DNA from: Candidatus Multivoradales bacterium
GTDB lineage: Bacteria; Acidobacteriota; Thermoanaerobaculia; Multivoradales; JAHEKO01
Direction: 5' to 3'
Length of the DNA stretch: 64,000 nt
Assembly: GCA_965223155.1 (NCBI GenBank)
Contig: CBDCVR010000015.1
Span: 480,001-544,000, forward strand
The notes under the pieces were generated by a model. That model searched no databases, was not told the origin of the DNA, and worked only from the letters and a program-made list of their open reading frames with translations. The position numbers and the translations under genes were made by a program. Every line of letters begins with the position of its first letter. Position 1 is the first letter of the stretch. Below, in pieces: positions 27,349 through 36,720 of this stretch.

Positions 27349-28681
27349 CGTAGGCGGCAAGCCAACCGTCCAAGGCTTGCCAGTCGCGGTCCAGCGCGTT
27401 CCGGAGAGCTTCCCCGTCGGCGGGACCGCCGGCGGCGACGCCCGCGAGGAACCGGCGCAGCCCCCGGCCCAGGTCCGGCTGACTGCCGTCCAACAAGGAC
27501 CGGATCCAGAAGGAAGCCTGAGCGTAGCGGAGGCTTCGGGCCCGCTCGTCGCCGTCTGCGCTCCACTCGGAGCCGACCAGATCGGATAGGGACGGCAGTT
27601 CCTCTCGATCCAGGGCACGGCGGAGCTGGATCGCCGCGGCCCGCCCGCCCCGCCACTCGATCGAGTCCAACCGCCGCCTGTAGGCGCCGCCCAGACGATC
27701 CGCTTCGAGTACGCCGGTAGCGCCGATCCGCGCTTGCCCGAGATCATCAGCCAAGCCCTCCTCGAGCCACGCCGGCAAGGCCGGGCCCAAGGCGCGCCGG
27801 TTGAGCAGATGCACCAGCTCGTGCACCAGAGTCGCGGCGACTTCAGCGGCGGTCCGGTCCTGGACGTAGCTCGCCACGATGCCGGCATGGGCGAAGCCCG
27901 GCGCGTCCGGACGGGAGATGCCGTCGTTCGCCTCCTGGAACCGGGCATACGATTCGTAGCCGGCAAAGAGGACGATCGTCTCGGCCGGATGGCCGATCGG
28001 CTCGACGCCGTAGCCGGCGGCGTACGCCGGCTCGACCTGGCCCACGACCCGGTCGAGGTAGGCCAGGAGCTCGGCATCCCGAACGTCGGCGACGAGAGCG
28101 TACGGGCCGAGCGCGGTTACTGTGCCGGCGGTGCCGGTAGCACGGGCTGCCGGATCCAGCAGCCGGCGAGCCGCTGCCAGAAGATCCGGGTCGGCGGGCC
28201 TCGCGGGAACCGGCAGCGGCGGGCTGGGCGCGCTTCCCAGCGGAGGCTCCGATCCCGCGGCCGGCTGCGGGAAGAGCTCGACCCAGGCTTCCAGATTCCG
28301 ATAGCCGACCCGGTACCAGGAGCCCCGGCGCTCCAGGACCGGCAGGTTGCTCGCCGCTTCGGTAGTCGCGAGCGGAGTCGTACCGGCGTCGGGGACCTGA
28401 AAGAGCGCGGAGTCCTGAGGAACCCAGACTCGGGGCCTCAGCTCGTAGCTTCCCGGAACGATCTCGTAGAGGATCTCGACGCCGGTCTCTTCATCCTCGA
28501 GCGAGGTCGCGGGAGCCGCCCGGTACCGCTCGGCCAGGCGTTCGATCCAGGGGCCCACGAGCGGCCAGCTCGCCGCCGTGCGCACGGCGGCCGCATCCGG
28601 AGCGCGCGTGATTCCGGCGAAACCGCCGGCCAGGCCCAAGAGCCCGAGCAGAACGCAGATTCCCAACGGATCCCGCCGCAC
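27326..28681 (-). CDS. Exported SH3b-like plus gluzincin metallopeptidase protein
   Basis: N-terminal signal/TM; LPVLERRGSWYRV...AWV SH3b-like segment; HELVH...WLEEGLA zinc motif. Confidence 0.7.
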   Translation of the reverse strand: MRRDPLGICVLLGLLGLAGGFAGITRAPDAAAVRTAASWPLVGPWIERLAERYRAAPATSLEDEETGVEILYEIVPGSYELRPRVWVPQDSALFQVPDAGTTPLATTEAASNLPVLERRGSWYRVGYRNLEAWVELFPQPAAGSEPPLGSAPSPPLPVPARPADPDLLAAARRLLDPAARATGTAGTVTALGPYALVADVRDAELLAYLDRVVGQVEPAYAAGYGVEPIGHPAETIVLFAGYESYARFQEANDGISRPDAPGFAHAGIVASYVQDRTAAEVAATLVHELVHLLNRRALGPALPAWLEEGLADDLGQARIGATGVLEADRLGGAYRRRLDSIEWRGGRAAAIQLRRALDREELPSLSDLVGSEWSADGDERARSLRYAQASFWIRSLLDGSQPDLGRGLRRFLAGVAAGGPADGEALRNALDRDWQALDGWLAAYVRVQVVE

Positions 28682-28699
28682 CGATCCGATCTCCGCCGC

Positions 28700-29896
28700 T
28701 CAGTAGCGCGGCATCGCTGGATCCACCTCGCGGCTCCAAGCGTCGATCCCACCAGACAAATTCCAAACGCGATCGAATCCCTGGGCACGCAGGAAGTGAA
28801 CCGCCTGGGCCGAGCGAATGCCGTGATGGCAGTAGACGATCACCGGCCGGTCGCGGTCGATCTCCTCGAATCGTCCCGGGAGCTGGTCCAGCGGCAGCCA
28901 CCGCGACTCGGCCAGGCAGCAGACGTCGCGTTCGATCCGGTTGCGGACGTCCACGAGGTCGAGTCCCTCGCCCGCCTCCCGCCACGAGGCCACCTGGCGC
29001 ACCGTGACGTCGAAGCTCTCGAGGTTCAATTCGGATAGGTCAGCACTGGCGGCCCTCTCCGGCGCTCCGGACAACTCCTCGGGTTCGCACGCCGCGGCCG
29101 AGTTCTCGAGAGTGGTTCGGGTCGGGGCATCGCCGCAGATCGAGCACTCCGGATCCCGGGGCAGCCGCAATTCCCGGAAGCCTCCCTTGAGCGCGTCGAA
29201 AAGCAGCAGCCTGCCGATGAGCGGCTCGCCTTCGCCCAGAATCAGCTTGATCGCCTCGCTGGCCTGGAGCGAGCCCACGATCCCCGGAAGAACGCCCAGA
29301 ACGCCGGCTTCGGCACAGGACGGGACCGCGCCCGGTGGCGGCGGCTCCGGGAACAGGCACCGATAGCAAGGGCCGCCTTCGGCGCCGAACACCGAGACCT
29401 GGCCCTCGAACCGGTAGATCGATCCGTACACATTGGGCCGGCCGGTCAGAACGCAAGCGTCGTTGACGAGATAGCGCGTCGAGAAATTGTCGCTACCGTC
29501 GACCACGAGATCGAACCGGGCGAAGAGGTCGAGCGCGTTGGCTGCGTCGATTCTCACGGACACCAGCTCGACCTCGACGTGGGGATTGATCTGGGCGATC
29601 CGATCACGCGCGGCCTCGACCTTGGGCCGGCCGACGTCGCTCGAGGAATAGAGGATCTGGCGCTGAAGATTCGACTCGTCCACCCGGTCGAAATCCGCCA
29701 CGCCCAGGCGGCCGACGCCGGCCGCGGCCAGGTAGAGCGCGGCCGGAGAGCCCAGTCCACCCGCGCCGACCAGGAGCACGCTGGCTCGTTTCAAGCGCAG
29801 CTGTCCCGAGCGGCCGACCTCGGGCAGGATCAAGTGCCGGCCGTAGCGACGCTTCTCGGCCTGGGTCAGCTCATCGGCAACCGGCACCGTCACCAC
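28700..29896 (-). CDS. moeB: Molybdopterin-synthase adenylyltransferase with C-terminal rhodanese (MoeB/MoeZ)
   Basis: RYGRHLIL, GAGGLGS, SNLQRQ, CYRCLFP, SCAEAGVLG, and rhodanese loop CHHGIRS. Confidence 0.95.
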   Translation of the reverse strand: MVTVPVADELTQAEKRRYGRHLILPEVGRSGQLRLKRASVLLVGAGGLGSPAALYLAAAGVGRLGVADFDRVDESNLQRQILYSSSDVGRPKVEAARDRIAQINPHVEVELVSVRIDAANALDLFARFDLVVDGSDNFSTRYLVNDACVLTGRPNVYGSIYRFEGQVSVFGAEGGPCYRCLFPEPPPPGAVPSCAEAGVLGVLPGIVGSLQASEAIKLILGEGEPLIGRLLLFDALKGGFRELRLPRDPECSICGDAPTRTTLENSAAACEPEELSGAPERAASADLSELNLESFDVTVRQVASWREAGEGLDLVDVRNRIERDVCCLAESRWLPLDQLPGRFEEIDRDRPVIVYCHHGIRSAQAVHFLRAQGFDRVWNLSGGIDAWSREVDPAMPRY

Positions 29897-29899
29897 GCT

Positions 29900-30376
29900 C
29901 TAGGGACGCTCCGCGCCGGAAACCTCGACCGGAACGATCGTCTGTTCCTCGAACCTCGGACCGCCCGGCGAGCCGTCAGATAGGCGCCAACAACGCAATT
30001 CGGTGAGCGCGTTGCCGTCGAATCCCAGGATGACATAGCTGGTCTCGGGCCAGGCCGCCTCCCGGTCGCTCCCGCTCGGCCGGGCGGCCCCGGCGGGATG
30101 CGAATGATAGTACCCGACAATCTCCTGCCCCGCCGCTCGCGCCCGGCGGTGGGCGGCCACGAGCTCGCGGGGTCGGATCTCATAGGCGTTCCGCGCGTCG
30201 GCGCTGGCGTTCGCGGCGGGATGAATCGAACGGACCCGGACTGCCTTCGCTTCGCGATCACTCCCGGCATGCCCAAGCAAGACGCCACAACATTCCTCGG
30301 GAAGGCTGGCCTCGGCCAGGAAGCGTAACCTGGCCAGGAGCCGGGCAGGAATCCGGATCGAGTCTCGACCCGCCAC
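29900..30376 (-). CDS. JAMM/MPN+ (Mov34) metalloprotease
   Basis: EECCGVLLG and YHSHP...PSGSD. This is the C-terminal part of the track ORF 29900..31594; GTG start at 30376. Confidence 0.9.
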   Translation of the reverse strand: MAGRDSIRIPARLLARLRFLAEASLPEECCGVLLGHAGSDREAKAVRVRSIHPAANASADARNAYEIRPRELVAAHRRARAAGQEIVGYYHSHPAGAARPSGSDREAAWPETSYVILGFDGNALTELRCWRLSDGSPGGPRFEEQTIVPVEVSGAERP

Positions 30377-30378
30377 GA

Positions 30379-31233
30379 TCAGGGCAGTCCGACGATCAGC
30401 GACATCGCAATCGATGCCACCGTCGCGACCAGCAGACCCAGAGCCAGAGCCACGTGGTCGGCGCCTTCGGGCCGGTGCGGGTTCAAGACCGCGGCGAGCG
30501 CGTAACCGCCGACGAAGCCGCCCAGGTGGGCCCAGTTGTCGACGCCCGGAACCAGGAGGCCGAACACGAAGAGCGCCAGAGCGTAGCCCCAGGCCTGGCG
30601 GCCGAGCTGGCTCGCGACGCCCTTGCGGCCGGCATAGACGAGAGCGCCCAGCAGGCCGAAGACCGCCGCCGACGCCCCCACCGAGATCGCGTAGGGATGG
30701 CCACCCATCAGGAAGCTCAGCGGCTGTAGAAAGGCGCCGCCGAACGAGCTGGCCAGGAAGCCCACGACCGACGAAATCAAGTAGACGACCAGCATTCTTC
30801 CGGGGCCGAAGACCATCGAGGTCGCGGGCGCCAGCTGGCGCACCCACATCATGTTGAACAGGATGTGAATCGCGCCGCCGTGGAGCCAGCCGGCGCTCAG
30901 CACCGTCCACCAGCGGCCCGCCTGGACCACCGGCAGCGCGCCGCTCGCGCCCAGGCGAAAGAGCGATTCCCGACCCGGCGACAGCAGGCCGAAAAGACCC
31001 TGGAAGCCAATGGCGGCAGGATCCAGGACCAGGCTCAGGACGTAAAGGGCGGCGCAGCCGGCGACGATGACCTTGGTGGCAGCCTCGTCCAGATTCAGAC
31101 GCTTGAGGACGCCGGCAAACCCCCACATGCCGGGGTTCTTGCGGCCACAGTTCAGGCACACGTCCTGACCAACACCGACCAGGCGGCCGCAGGACGGACA
31201 CACCACCGAACCGGTCTTCTGACGGCGGAGCAA
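30379..31233 (-). CDS. Rhomboid intramembrane serine protease with N-terminal zinc ribbon
   Basis: CPSC...CLNC; WLHGGAIHILFNM, GASAAVFG and DNWAHLGG (Ser/His dyad intact). Confidence 0.92.
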   Translation of the reverse strand: MLRRQKTGSVVCPSCGRLVGVGQDVCLNCGRKNPGMWGFAGVLKRLNLDEAATKVIVAGCAALYVLSLVLDPAAIGFQGLFGLLSPGRESLFRLGASGALPVVQAGRWWTVLSAGWLHGGAIHILFNMMWVRQLAPATSMVFGPGRMLVVYLISSVVGFLASSFGGAFLQPLSFLMGGHPYAISVGASAAVFGLLGALVYAGRKGVASQLGRQAWGYALALFVFGLLVPGVDNWAHLGGFVGGYALAAVLNPHRPEGADHVALALGLLVATVASIAMSLIVGLP

Positions 31234-31239
31234 GGTCTG

Positions 31240-31485
31240 CTAGTCCTCGCCGCCCGACTCGGGCGCGCCCGAGTCGTCTTCGTCGAGGTCGTCTACGATC
31301 TGACGCACCTCGAGCTCCGCCTTGCGAATCTTTCCCCGGCACAGCTCCAAGAGGCCGGCGGCCTTCTTGAGCTGGCCGGCCAGCTCGTCCAGGTCGATTT
31401 CCTCGCCCTCGATACGCTTCAGGATCGTCTCCAGCTCGGCGATGGCTGAGCTGAAGGACGGTTCGGCTTCGGCAATGTCGTTCAT
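31240..31485 (-). CDS. xseB: Exodeoxyribonuclease VII small subunit
   Basis: SFSSAIAELETILKRIE...LDEL...CRGKIRKAE; overlaps the xseA stop. Confidence 0.92.
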   Translation of the reverse strand: MNDIAEAEPSFSSAIAELETILKRIEGEEIDLDELAGQLKKAAGLLELCRGKIRKAELEVRQIVDDLDEDDSGAPESGGED

Positions 31486-32855
31486 AGATCTCCCTCGGCC
31501 TCGACTCGACTCGAGATCGTACCCCGAGCCAGCTCTGTTTCGAGCCTCGCTCCCGGCTCGACGTCCGCCGGCGAACGCACCAGCCGGCCGTCACTCCGAG
31601 TCACCGAAAAGCCCCGCCGGAGCGTCCGGGCAGGCGCTAGCTCGACACACAGCCGGCTCATCCCCTCCAGGCGCTCGCCAGCCAGTCCCAACCGGTGGCC
31701 GATGCGCTCGCCGATGGTCGTGACCAGGCGGCCGGCAACGGGACCCCGGCTCGCGATCATCGCCAGAGCCGCACCGCGGAGCTCGAGCGCCAACCTCTCC
31801 CGCCGGCGCCGGGCGCTCCGGCTCCGGGCCCCGGCGCGCTCCACGAGGCCGCGCTGGACCCTCTCGAGCCGCCGCGCCGCACGGTCAACCGTTGCCGAGG
31901 CCCGTTCCAGTCCATGGCCGAGCCGAGCCAGGGTCTCCCGGGCCCCGAACAAGGGTTCGCTAGTAGCGGCGACGAGCCGGCTGCGTCCGGCGTCGAGCAA
32001 GCGCTCGGCCGTCCGCACCCGCTCGACCAGCATCTCGGCGGCGCGAGTCGGCGTCTTGGCCCGCGTGTGGGCGACCGCGTCGGCCACGGTGTCGTCGATC
32101 TCGTGGCCCAGGCCGGTCACGACCGGCAGCTGACAGAGGGCGATGGCGGTACTCACGCCGCGGCTGTCGAACGCCGCCAGGTCGGCTCGGGCCCCACCGC
32201 CCCGAACGACCACCAAGCAGTCGAGGGCGCGCTTCGCCAGGCTCCGGATGGCGCCCACCAATTCGCGCTCGGCGCTCGAGCCCTGGACCGCCGAATGCGC
32301 GACCACAACCTCGAAGGCGTAGCCACTCTCGGCCAAGGTCGTCACGAAGTCGTGGTAGGCGGCGCTTCCGTCCGAGGTCACCAGCCCGACGCGTAGCGGC
32401 AGATCCGGAAAGGGCAGCTCCGCGTTGCGGCCCAGGAGTCCCTCGCGCTCGAGAGTGGCCAGCGTCTCGCGCCGCCGCTTCGCCATGAGCCCGAGCGTGA
32501 ACTCAGAGTCGATGGAGCGCACCACGACCTGCAACCGGCCGAAGGGCGGGTAGAAGTCGGGATGCCCGAGGCAGCGGATCTCCAAGCCTTCGGCCAGCTC
32601 CTGCCCGGACGCCGAGAGCGCGGCCTCGATCTCCTCGAGATCCGAACGCCAGACCACCGCCTCCAGCTTGGCCACGACGTCGTCCCGCCGGCCCTTCTCG
32701 ACCAGCTCGAAATAGAGGTGACCGTTGCGGCTCCTACGCAGCCGCTGAATCTCGCCCACCAGCCAGGCCGGGCGGATCCCGCCGCGCAGAACCTCCCGCA
32801 CACGGGAGGCGAACTCGGAGATGCTGAAGGTGGGCTCGGCGAAGGGTAGCTGCAG
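31482..32855 (-). CDS. xseA: Exodeoxyribonuclease VII large subunit
   Basis: GHLYFEL, VQG, RGGG..DLAAFD, TGLGHEID, TPTRAAE, LRRGFS. The frame continues upstream of GTG 32801 to a probable CTG start at 32855. Confidence 0.93.
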   Translation of the reverse strand: MQLPFAEPTFSISEFASRVREVLRGGIRPAWLVGEIQRLRRSRNGHLYFELVEKGRRDDVVAKLEAVVWRSDLEEIEAALSASGQELAEGLEIRCLGHPDFYPPFGRLQVVVRSIDSEFTLGLMAKRRRETLATLEREGLLGRNAELPFPDLPLRVGLVTSDGSAAYHDFVTTLAESGYAFEVVVAHSAVQGSSAERELVGAIRSLAKRALDCLVVVRGGGARADLAAFDSRGVSTAIALCQLPVVTGLGHEIDDTVADAVAHTRAKTPTRAAEMLVERVRTAERLLDAGRSRLVAATSEPLFGARETLARLGHGLERASATVDRAARRLERVQRGLVERAGARSRSARRRRERLALELRGAALAMIASRGPVAGRLVTTIGERIGHRLGLAGERLEGMSRLCVELAPARTLRRGFSVTRSDGRLVRSPADVEPGARLETELARGTISSRVEAEGDL

Positions 32856-32865
32856 CGGCCCCGTC

Positions 32866-33414
32866 CTAGTGGAAGCTCTTCAGATCCGCCGATGAGTCGA
32901 GTGGAATTCCGTCCACCCAGGCGATCGCGTTCTTGTCGTTGAGCGTGTACTTGGCGAGAAAGTCGCCGGCGTCGTCACGATCGTGGAACACGCGCCAAAG
33001 GAAAGTATGCCCCGCGGGCGCGGTGAAGTACGTGTAGAGATCCGTGCTGTCGCTCAGATCGAAGCCGAGGTCGGTCTCGCCGTTGACGCCGACGCACGCG
33101 ATGGCGATCGCCTTGCGCGCCAGAGCCAGCGCTCGGATCGCATCCTCGTAGTCCGCCAGCTCCTCCTTGGATAGGGGCGTGTGGTAGATGGCGATGCGGC
33201 TCGAGTCTTCCTCGGCCAGCACGTTGTAGGCCACGTCGTTGCGATCCATGGCCTCCCGAGTCTCGGCGGTGGTCACGAAGACGTCGTCGGTCCCGTCCAC
33301 CTTGTAGGTAACGGCGAAGACGTTGGTGTCGATCTCGGCAAACGCCTCGGCCAGCATGCTCTCGTCCTCGATAGTGAAGTAGGTCAATCGGTTCATCAAG
33401 CGTCGTGACGGCAT
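32866..33414 (-). CDS. Acidic hypothetical protein (182 aa)
   Basis: AGGAG SD before ATG 33414; coding-like codon bias; no family recognised. Confidence 0.75.
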   Translation of the reverse strand: MPSRRLMNRLTYFTIEDESMLAEAFAEIDTNVFAVTYKVDGTDDVFVTTAETREAMDRNDVAYNVLAEEDSSRIAIYHTPLSKEELADYEDAIRALALARKAIAIACVGVNGETDLGFDLSDSTDLYTYFTAPAGHTFLWRVFHDRDDAGDFLAKYTLNDKNAIAWVDGIPLDSSADLKSFH

Positions 33415-33587
33415 TCGCGAACTCCTGCGCGGGTCGGATAGAAGATAGTAAGTAGGCTCGAGGCGGCCGGACGGGCAGCACCACGCTGCAACAGCGTCCT
33501 GGGAAGGCTGGCCGAACCACATCGATTCTACCCGGCTTCTTGACTAGAATCTAACCCGCCCGGCTGCTCCCTCGGGCGATTCAGCTC

Positions 33588-36500
33588 ATGCCCCCCGCCA
33601 GATCATTCCGACTGCGCCTACCGTGCGCCGTCTTGCGGGTTTCCTGGCTCGACGGCGACGGAGCCGAGATCGAAGCGGACGCTGCGCCCGAAACGACGCT
33701 CGATCCGCCGGCTGGAGTGTTCCGAACCGAAGCGACTTACGCGGTCTTGCCCTGGGCCGGCGACCCCGCCGTCTACGACACCGCCACCGACTGGGCCCGG
33801 CAGCTCGACTCCGAGGCCCACTCCGGAGATTCGGACGCGCCCAACCTGCGAGCGTTCATCTATCCCGGCGAGGTGTCCACCGACGGCGAGGAATTCGCCC
33901 TCGAAGAAGACGATCTGGGGCGCGAGCTTGCCGCCAACCGGCCGGCTTTTGGTCCGGGCGTGTATCTGAGCAGCCGTAGCGCCAAGACGCTGGAATACAT
34001 GCCCGCCCTCGAGTCCGGCTTCGAGTTCGCGCGGCCCTCGGGCAAGCGCGTACCGTTTTACCGGTTCGACCGGGCTCTCTACGACCGCCCGCACTGGCGC
34101 AATCCCGAAGTCCTTGGGCAGACCACTCAGTACACCGTTCGCAAGTCCCTGCGGCCGGCCTTCGCCGAGCTCCGGGACCAGCGCATCCTGCGGATCTCCG
34201 GGCCCATGGGCTGTGGCAAGACCCGTCTGGTGTGGGAAGAGCTTGGCCTGCACGGCCGCCTGCGGCTGTGGCTCAGAGCTCGCCCGCCGCGGGTCGAGTC
34301 GCCCAGCCTCGGGGAACAGGTCATCCGCCAGGTCCTGATCCCGTCCGAGGTTCTTCAACGCGACCCCCTACATCCGGCGCTCGAGTCCAAGCTGGATCGG
34401 GACCAAATCCGCCAAGCTCTCGAACGCCGCGGGGGCCGGCGTTCCGCGACCGAGCGCCAACTCTTGAACGAGCGAGCCGAGCAGGTCCTGCGCCATCTGG
34501 CGCGCGGCACGCGCGCTCCGATCTCCGTCGTCATCGACGACTACCAGGCAATCGGGCCCGACGACGAAGCACTCGTGCGGCAGCTTACGGCAAGCGCCGC
34601 CGACACCTTCCGGTTCCTGTTTCTCCAGCGCAGCGGAAGAACCTGGCCCGCCGCGCTGGAGGCGACCCCCAGAATCGACATTCCCTACTTCGACGCGGCG
34701 GAAACGCAGGCGCTCTGGGACGTGCTCACCGCCGGCATGGGCCTGCCCGAGGTCGTCCGGGATCGCTTTCTGACCGCCATCGCCGGCAGCCCCTTTGCTC
34801 TCGAGGAGGGCATCTTCTCGCTCGTCCACACCAAGAAGCTGCGCAGCATCTACGGCAGCTACTTCTTCGGCGGCGACGGGACTACGGAGTACGAGCCCTC
34901 GGATCGCCTGATCCGACACGTGGAAGCCGACGTGACCCGCGTCGGCGAGGCGCTGCCGATCCGGCTCCTAGCGCTCACCGACCATCCGGTGCCTGCAAGC
35001 GAGCTGTCTTCGGCGGCTTCGATTCTGGGACGTGAGACCGAGCCTGGCTGGGAAGGAGCCTTCGTCGAAGCCGGTATTCTGGAAAGCCTGGATTCTTCCT
35101 GGGGACAGGCGGTCAGCCTGGCCTCGCCCTACGCTCGCGACGCTCTGTCCCGCAGCCTGTCCCACGAGCAGGCCGACGAGACCCGGCGAACGCTGGGCGA
35201 GCTGCTCTCTCTGGGCGGCGCGGGCGGGGAAAGTTCGTGGCTCGCCTACCAGCTTCTGGCCGGCCTGCCGGAAGCGATCGAGCCGCTGCTGGCGGTCTTC
35301 AAGAGCAAGTTCGTCGAGGAGATCCCACCCGCCGAGCTGCTCGAGGCGCTGCGCCTCGAGCTCCAGCTCCATCGTGAGCGAGGCGGCGGTGGCGACACCG
35401 AGCTCGGCCTCCTGTGGCGGCTGCTGCCACTGGCCCGCCGGATGGGCGTTCTGCACCAGCAAGGAGCCGATCTTGCCCGCGCGGTCGATCTGTCCCGCTC
35501 GGACCCCAAGCGCCTGCTGGGCCTGGCTGGAATGAAGGCCGAACTGGAGCAGGAAGACGGGCGCTTCCAGGACGCCGAGAACACGCTTCAGCGAGCCCTG
35601 ACCACCGCCCGCGCCGAACCCGCGAAACGCAAAGCGCTCCTCTTGCTCCAACTGGGACGCCTGTTCGTTCGCCAGCACCGCTTCGACGAAGCCGGGAGGC
35701 TCTTCTCGAGCCTGATCGAGCCGCTCGAAGCGGCCGGCGCCAGCGCCCTTTCGGCCACCTGCCGCTTCTATCTCGGCAACGTCGCACTCCACCAGTCGGA
35801 TCTGGACGACGCCTACGCCCATCACCTGGCCGCGTACGAGCAGCGCAAGGAGCTCAAACTCATGCGGGCCGCCGGCACCTCGCTCTCGGCGCTGGGCGCG
35901 GTCTCGACCGGGCTGGGCAAGTACCCACAGGCACTCGACTACTACCGGCAAGCACGCCGGATCCTGGAAGAACACGGCAAGCGATGGGACGTCAGCTTCT
36001 CGCTGCTGGGCCTCGCTCGCGCCTACGGCCGGATCGGCGACTTCACCGCCGCCACCAAGCCGGTGCGCGTAGCCCTTGAGATCCGGGAAGGCCGCGACGA
36101 CACCGTGGGCGAGGCGATCGCGCGCATGGCCGTGGCCGGCAACTACCTGGACCTGCTCCAGCTCGATGCGGCGCTCGAAGAGGCCCGCAAGGCCCATTTC
36201 CAGTTGACCATGTCCTCGGCCGAAGAGCACCTTGCCGCCTGCGAGAGGCTCCTGGGCCGCATTCACCTCGCCCGCAGGCAGAGCGGCGAATCTCGGAGGC
36301 GCCTGGAAGAGGCCCTCAAACGGTTCCACTCGATCGATCGACCCGGCGACGCGACCTTCGTCTTGGCCGACCTGATCGAGGCCTGTATCGCCGAGGAAGA
36401 CGCCGACGGTCTGCGAACCTTCACCGCAGACTTGAAGAACCTGCTGACCAAGAAACCGCCCGAGGATCTAGGACAGATCCTGGACCTACGGATCTACTGC

Positions 36501-36686
36501 GGCCTGGAGTGGCTGGCGGCTCGAGGCTCGAAGGTAGGGGATCCCGCCTCGTACCTGAGCCGAGCCTACCGCTCCTTGATGCACAAGGCCGAGCTTCTCG
36601 ACCACGAGCAACGCCAGAAGTTCCTATTCCAGATCCCCGCCAACCGAGAGATCGTCGACTTGGCCACCCAAAAGGGTCTGGCCTGA
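33588..36686 (+). CDS. STAND-like P-loop ATPase with C-terminal TPR array and a degenerate N-terminal domain
   Basis: Walker A GPMGCGKT, Walker B VVIDD, GSPFALEE (GxP), many TPRs, C-terminal FLFQIPANREIV. Confidence 0.8.
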   Translation: MPPARSFRLRLPCAVLRVSWLDGDGAEIEADAAPETTLDPPAGVFRTEATYAVLPWAGDPAVYDTATDWARQLDSEAHSGDSDAPNLRAFIYPGEVSTDGEEFALEEDDLGRELAANRPAFGPGVYLSSRSAKTLEYMPALESGFEFARPSGKRVPFYRFDRALYDRPHWRNPEVLGQTTQYTVRKSLRPAFAELRDQRILRISGPMGCGKTRLVWEELGLHGRLRLWLRARPPRVESPSLGEQVIRQVLIPSEVLQRDPLHPALESKLDRDQIRQALERRGGRRSATERQLLNERAEQVLRHLARGTRAPISVVIDDYQAIGPDDEALVRQLTASAADTFRFLFLQRSGRTWPAALEATPRIDIPYFDAAETQALWDVLTAGMGLPEVVRDRFLTAIAGSPFALEEGIFSLVHTKKLRSIYGSYFFGGDGTTEYEPSDRLIRHVEADVTRVGEALPIRLLALTDHPVPASELSSAASILGRETEPGWEGAFVEAGILESLDSSWGQAVSLASPYARDALSRSLSHEQADETRRTLGELLSLGGAGGESSWLAYQLLAGLPEAIEPLLAVFKSKFVEEIPPAELLEALRLELQLHRERGGGGDTELGLLWRLLPLARRMGVLHQQGADLARAVDLSRSDPKRLLGLAGMKAELEQEDGRFQDAENTLQRALTTARAEPAKRKALLLLQLGRLFVRQHRFDEAGRLFSSLIEPLEAAGASALSATCRFYLGNVALHQSDLDDAYAHHLAAYEQRKELKLMRAAGTSLSALGAVSTGLGKYPQALDYYRQARRILEEHGKRWDVSFSLLGLARAYGRIGDFTAATKPVRVALEIREGRDDTVGEAIARMAVAGNYLDLLQLDAALEEARKAHFQLTMSSAEEHLAACERLLGRIHLARRQSGESRRRLEEALKRFHSIDRPGDATFVLADLIEACIAEEDADGLRTFTADLKNLLTKKPPEDLGQILDLRIYCGLEWLAARGSKVGDPASYLSRAYRSLMHKAELLDHEQRQKFLFQIPANREIVDLATQKGLA

Positions 36687-36720
36687 CGGCTCAGGCGAGC
36701 CCACTGGCAAGAAGGTCCGG

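Noticed and set aside
30377-31594. Long N-terminal extension of the JAMM ORF in the track
   Set aside because: Overlaps the rhomboid and xseB genes in another frame; the real JAMM begins near 30376.
33588-36686. Avs-type antiphage system
   Set aside because: No nuclease, TIR, SIR2 or protease effector is recognisable and there is no defence-island context.
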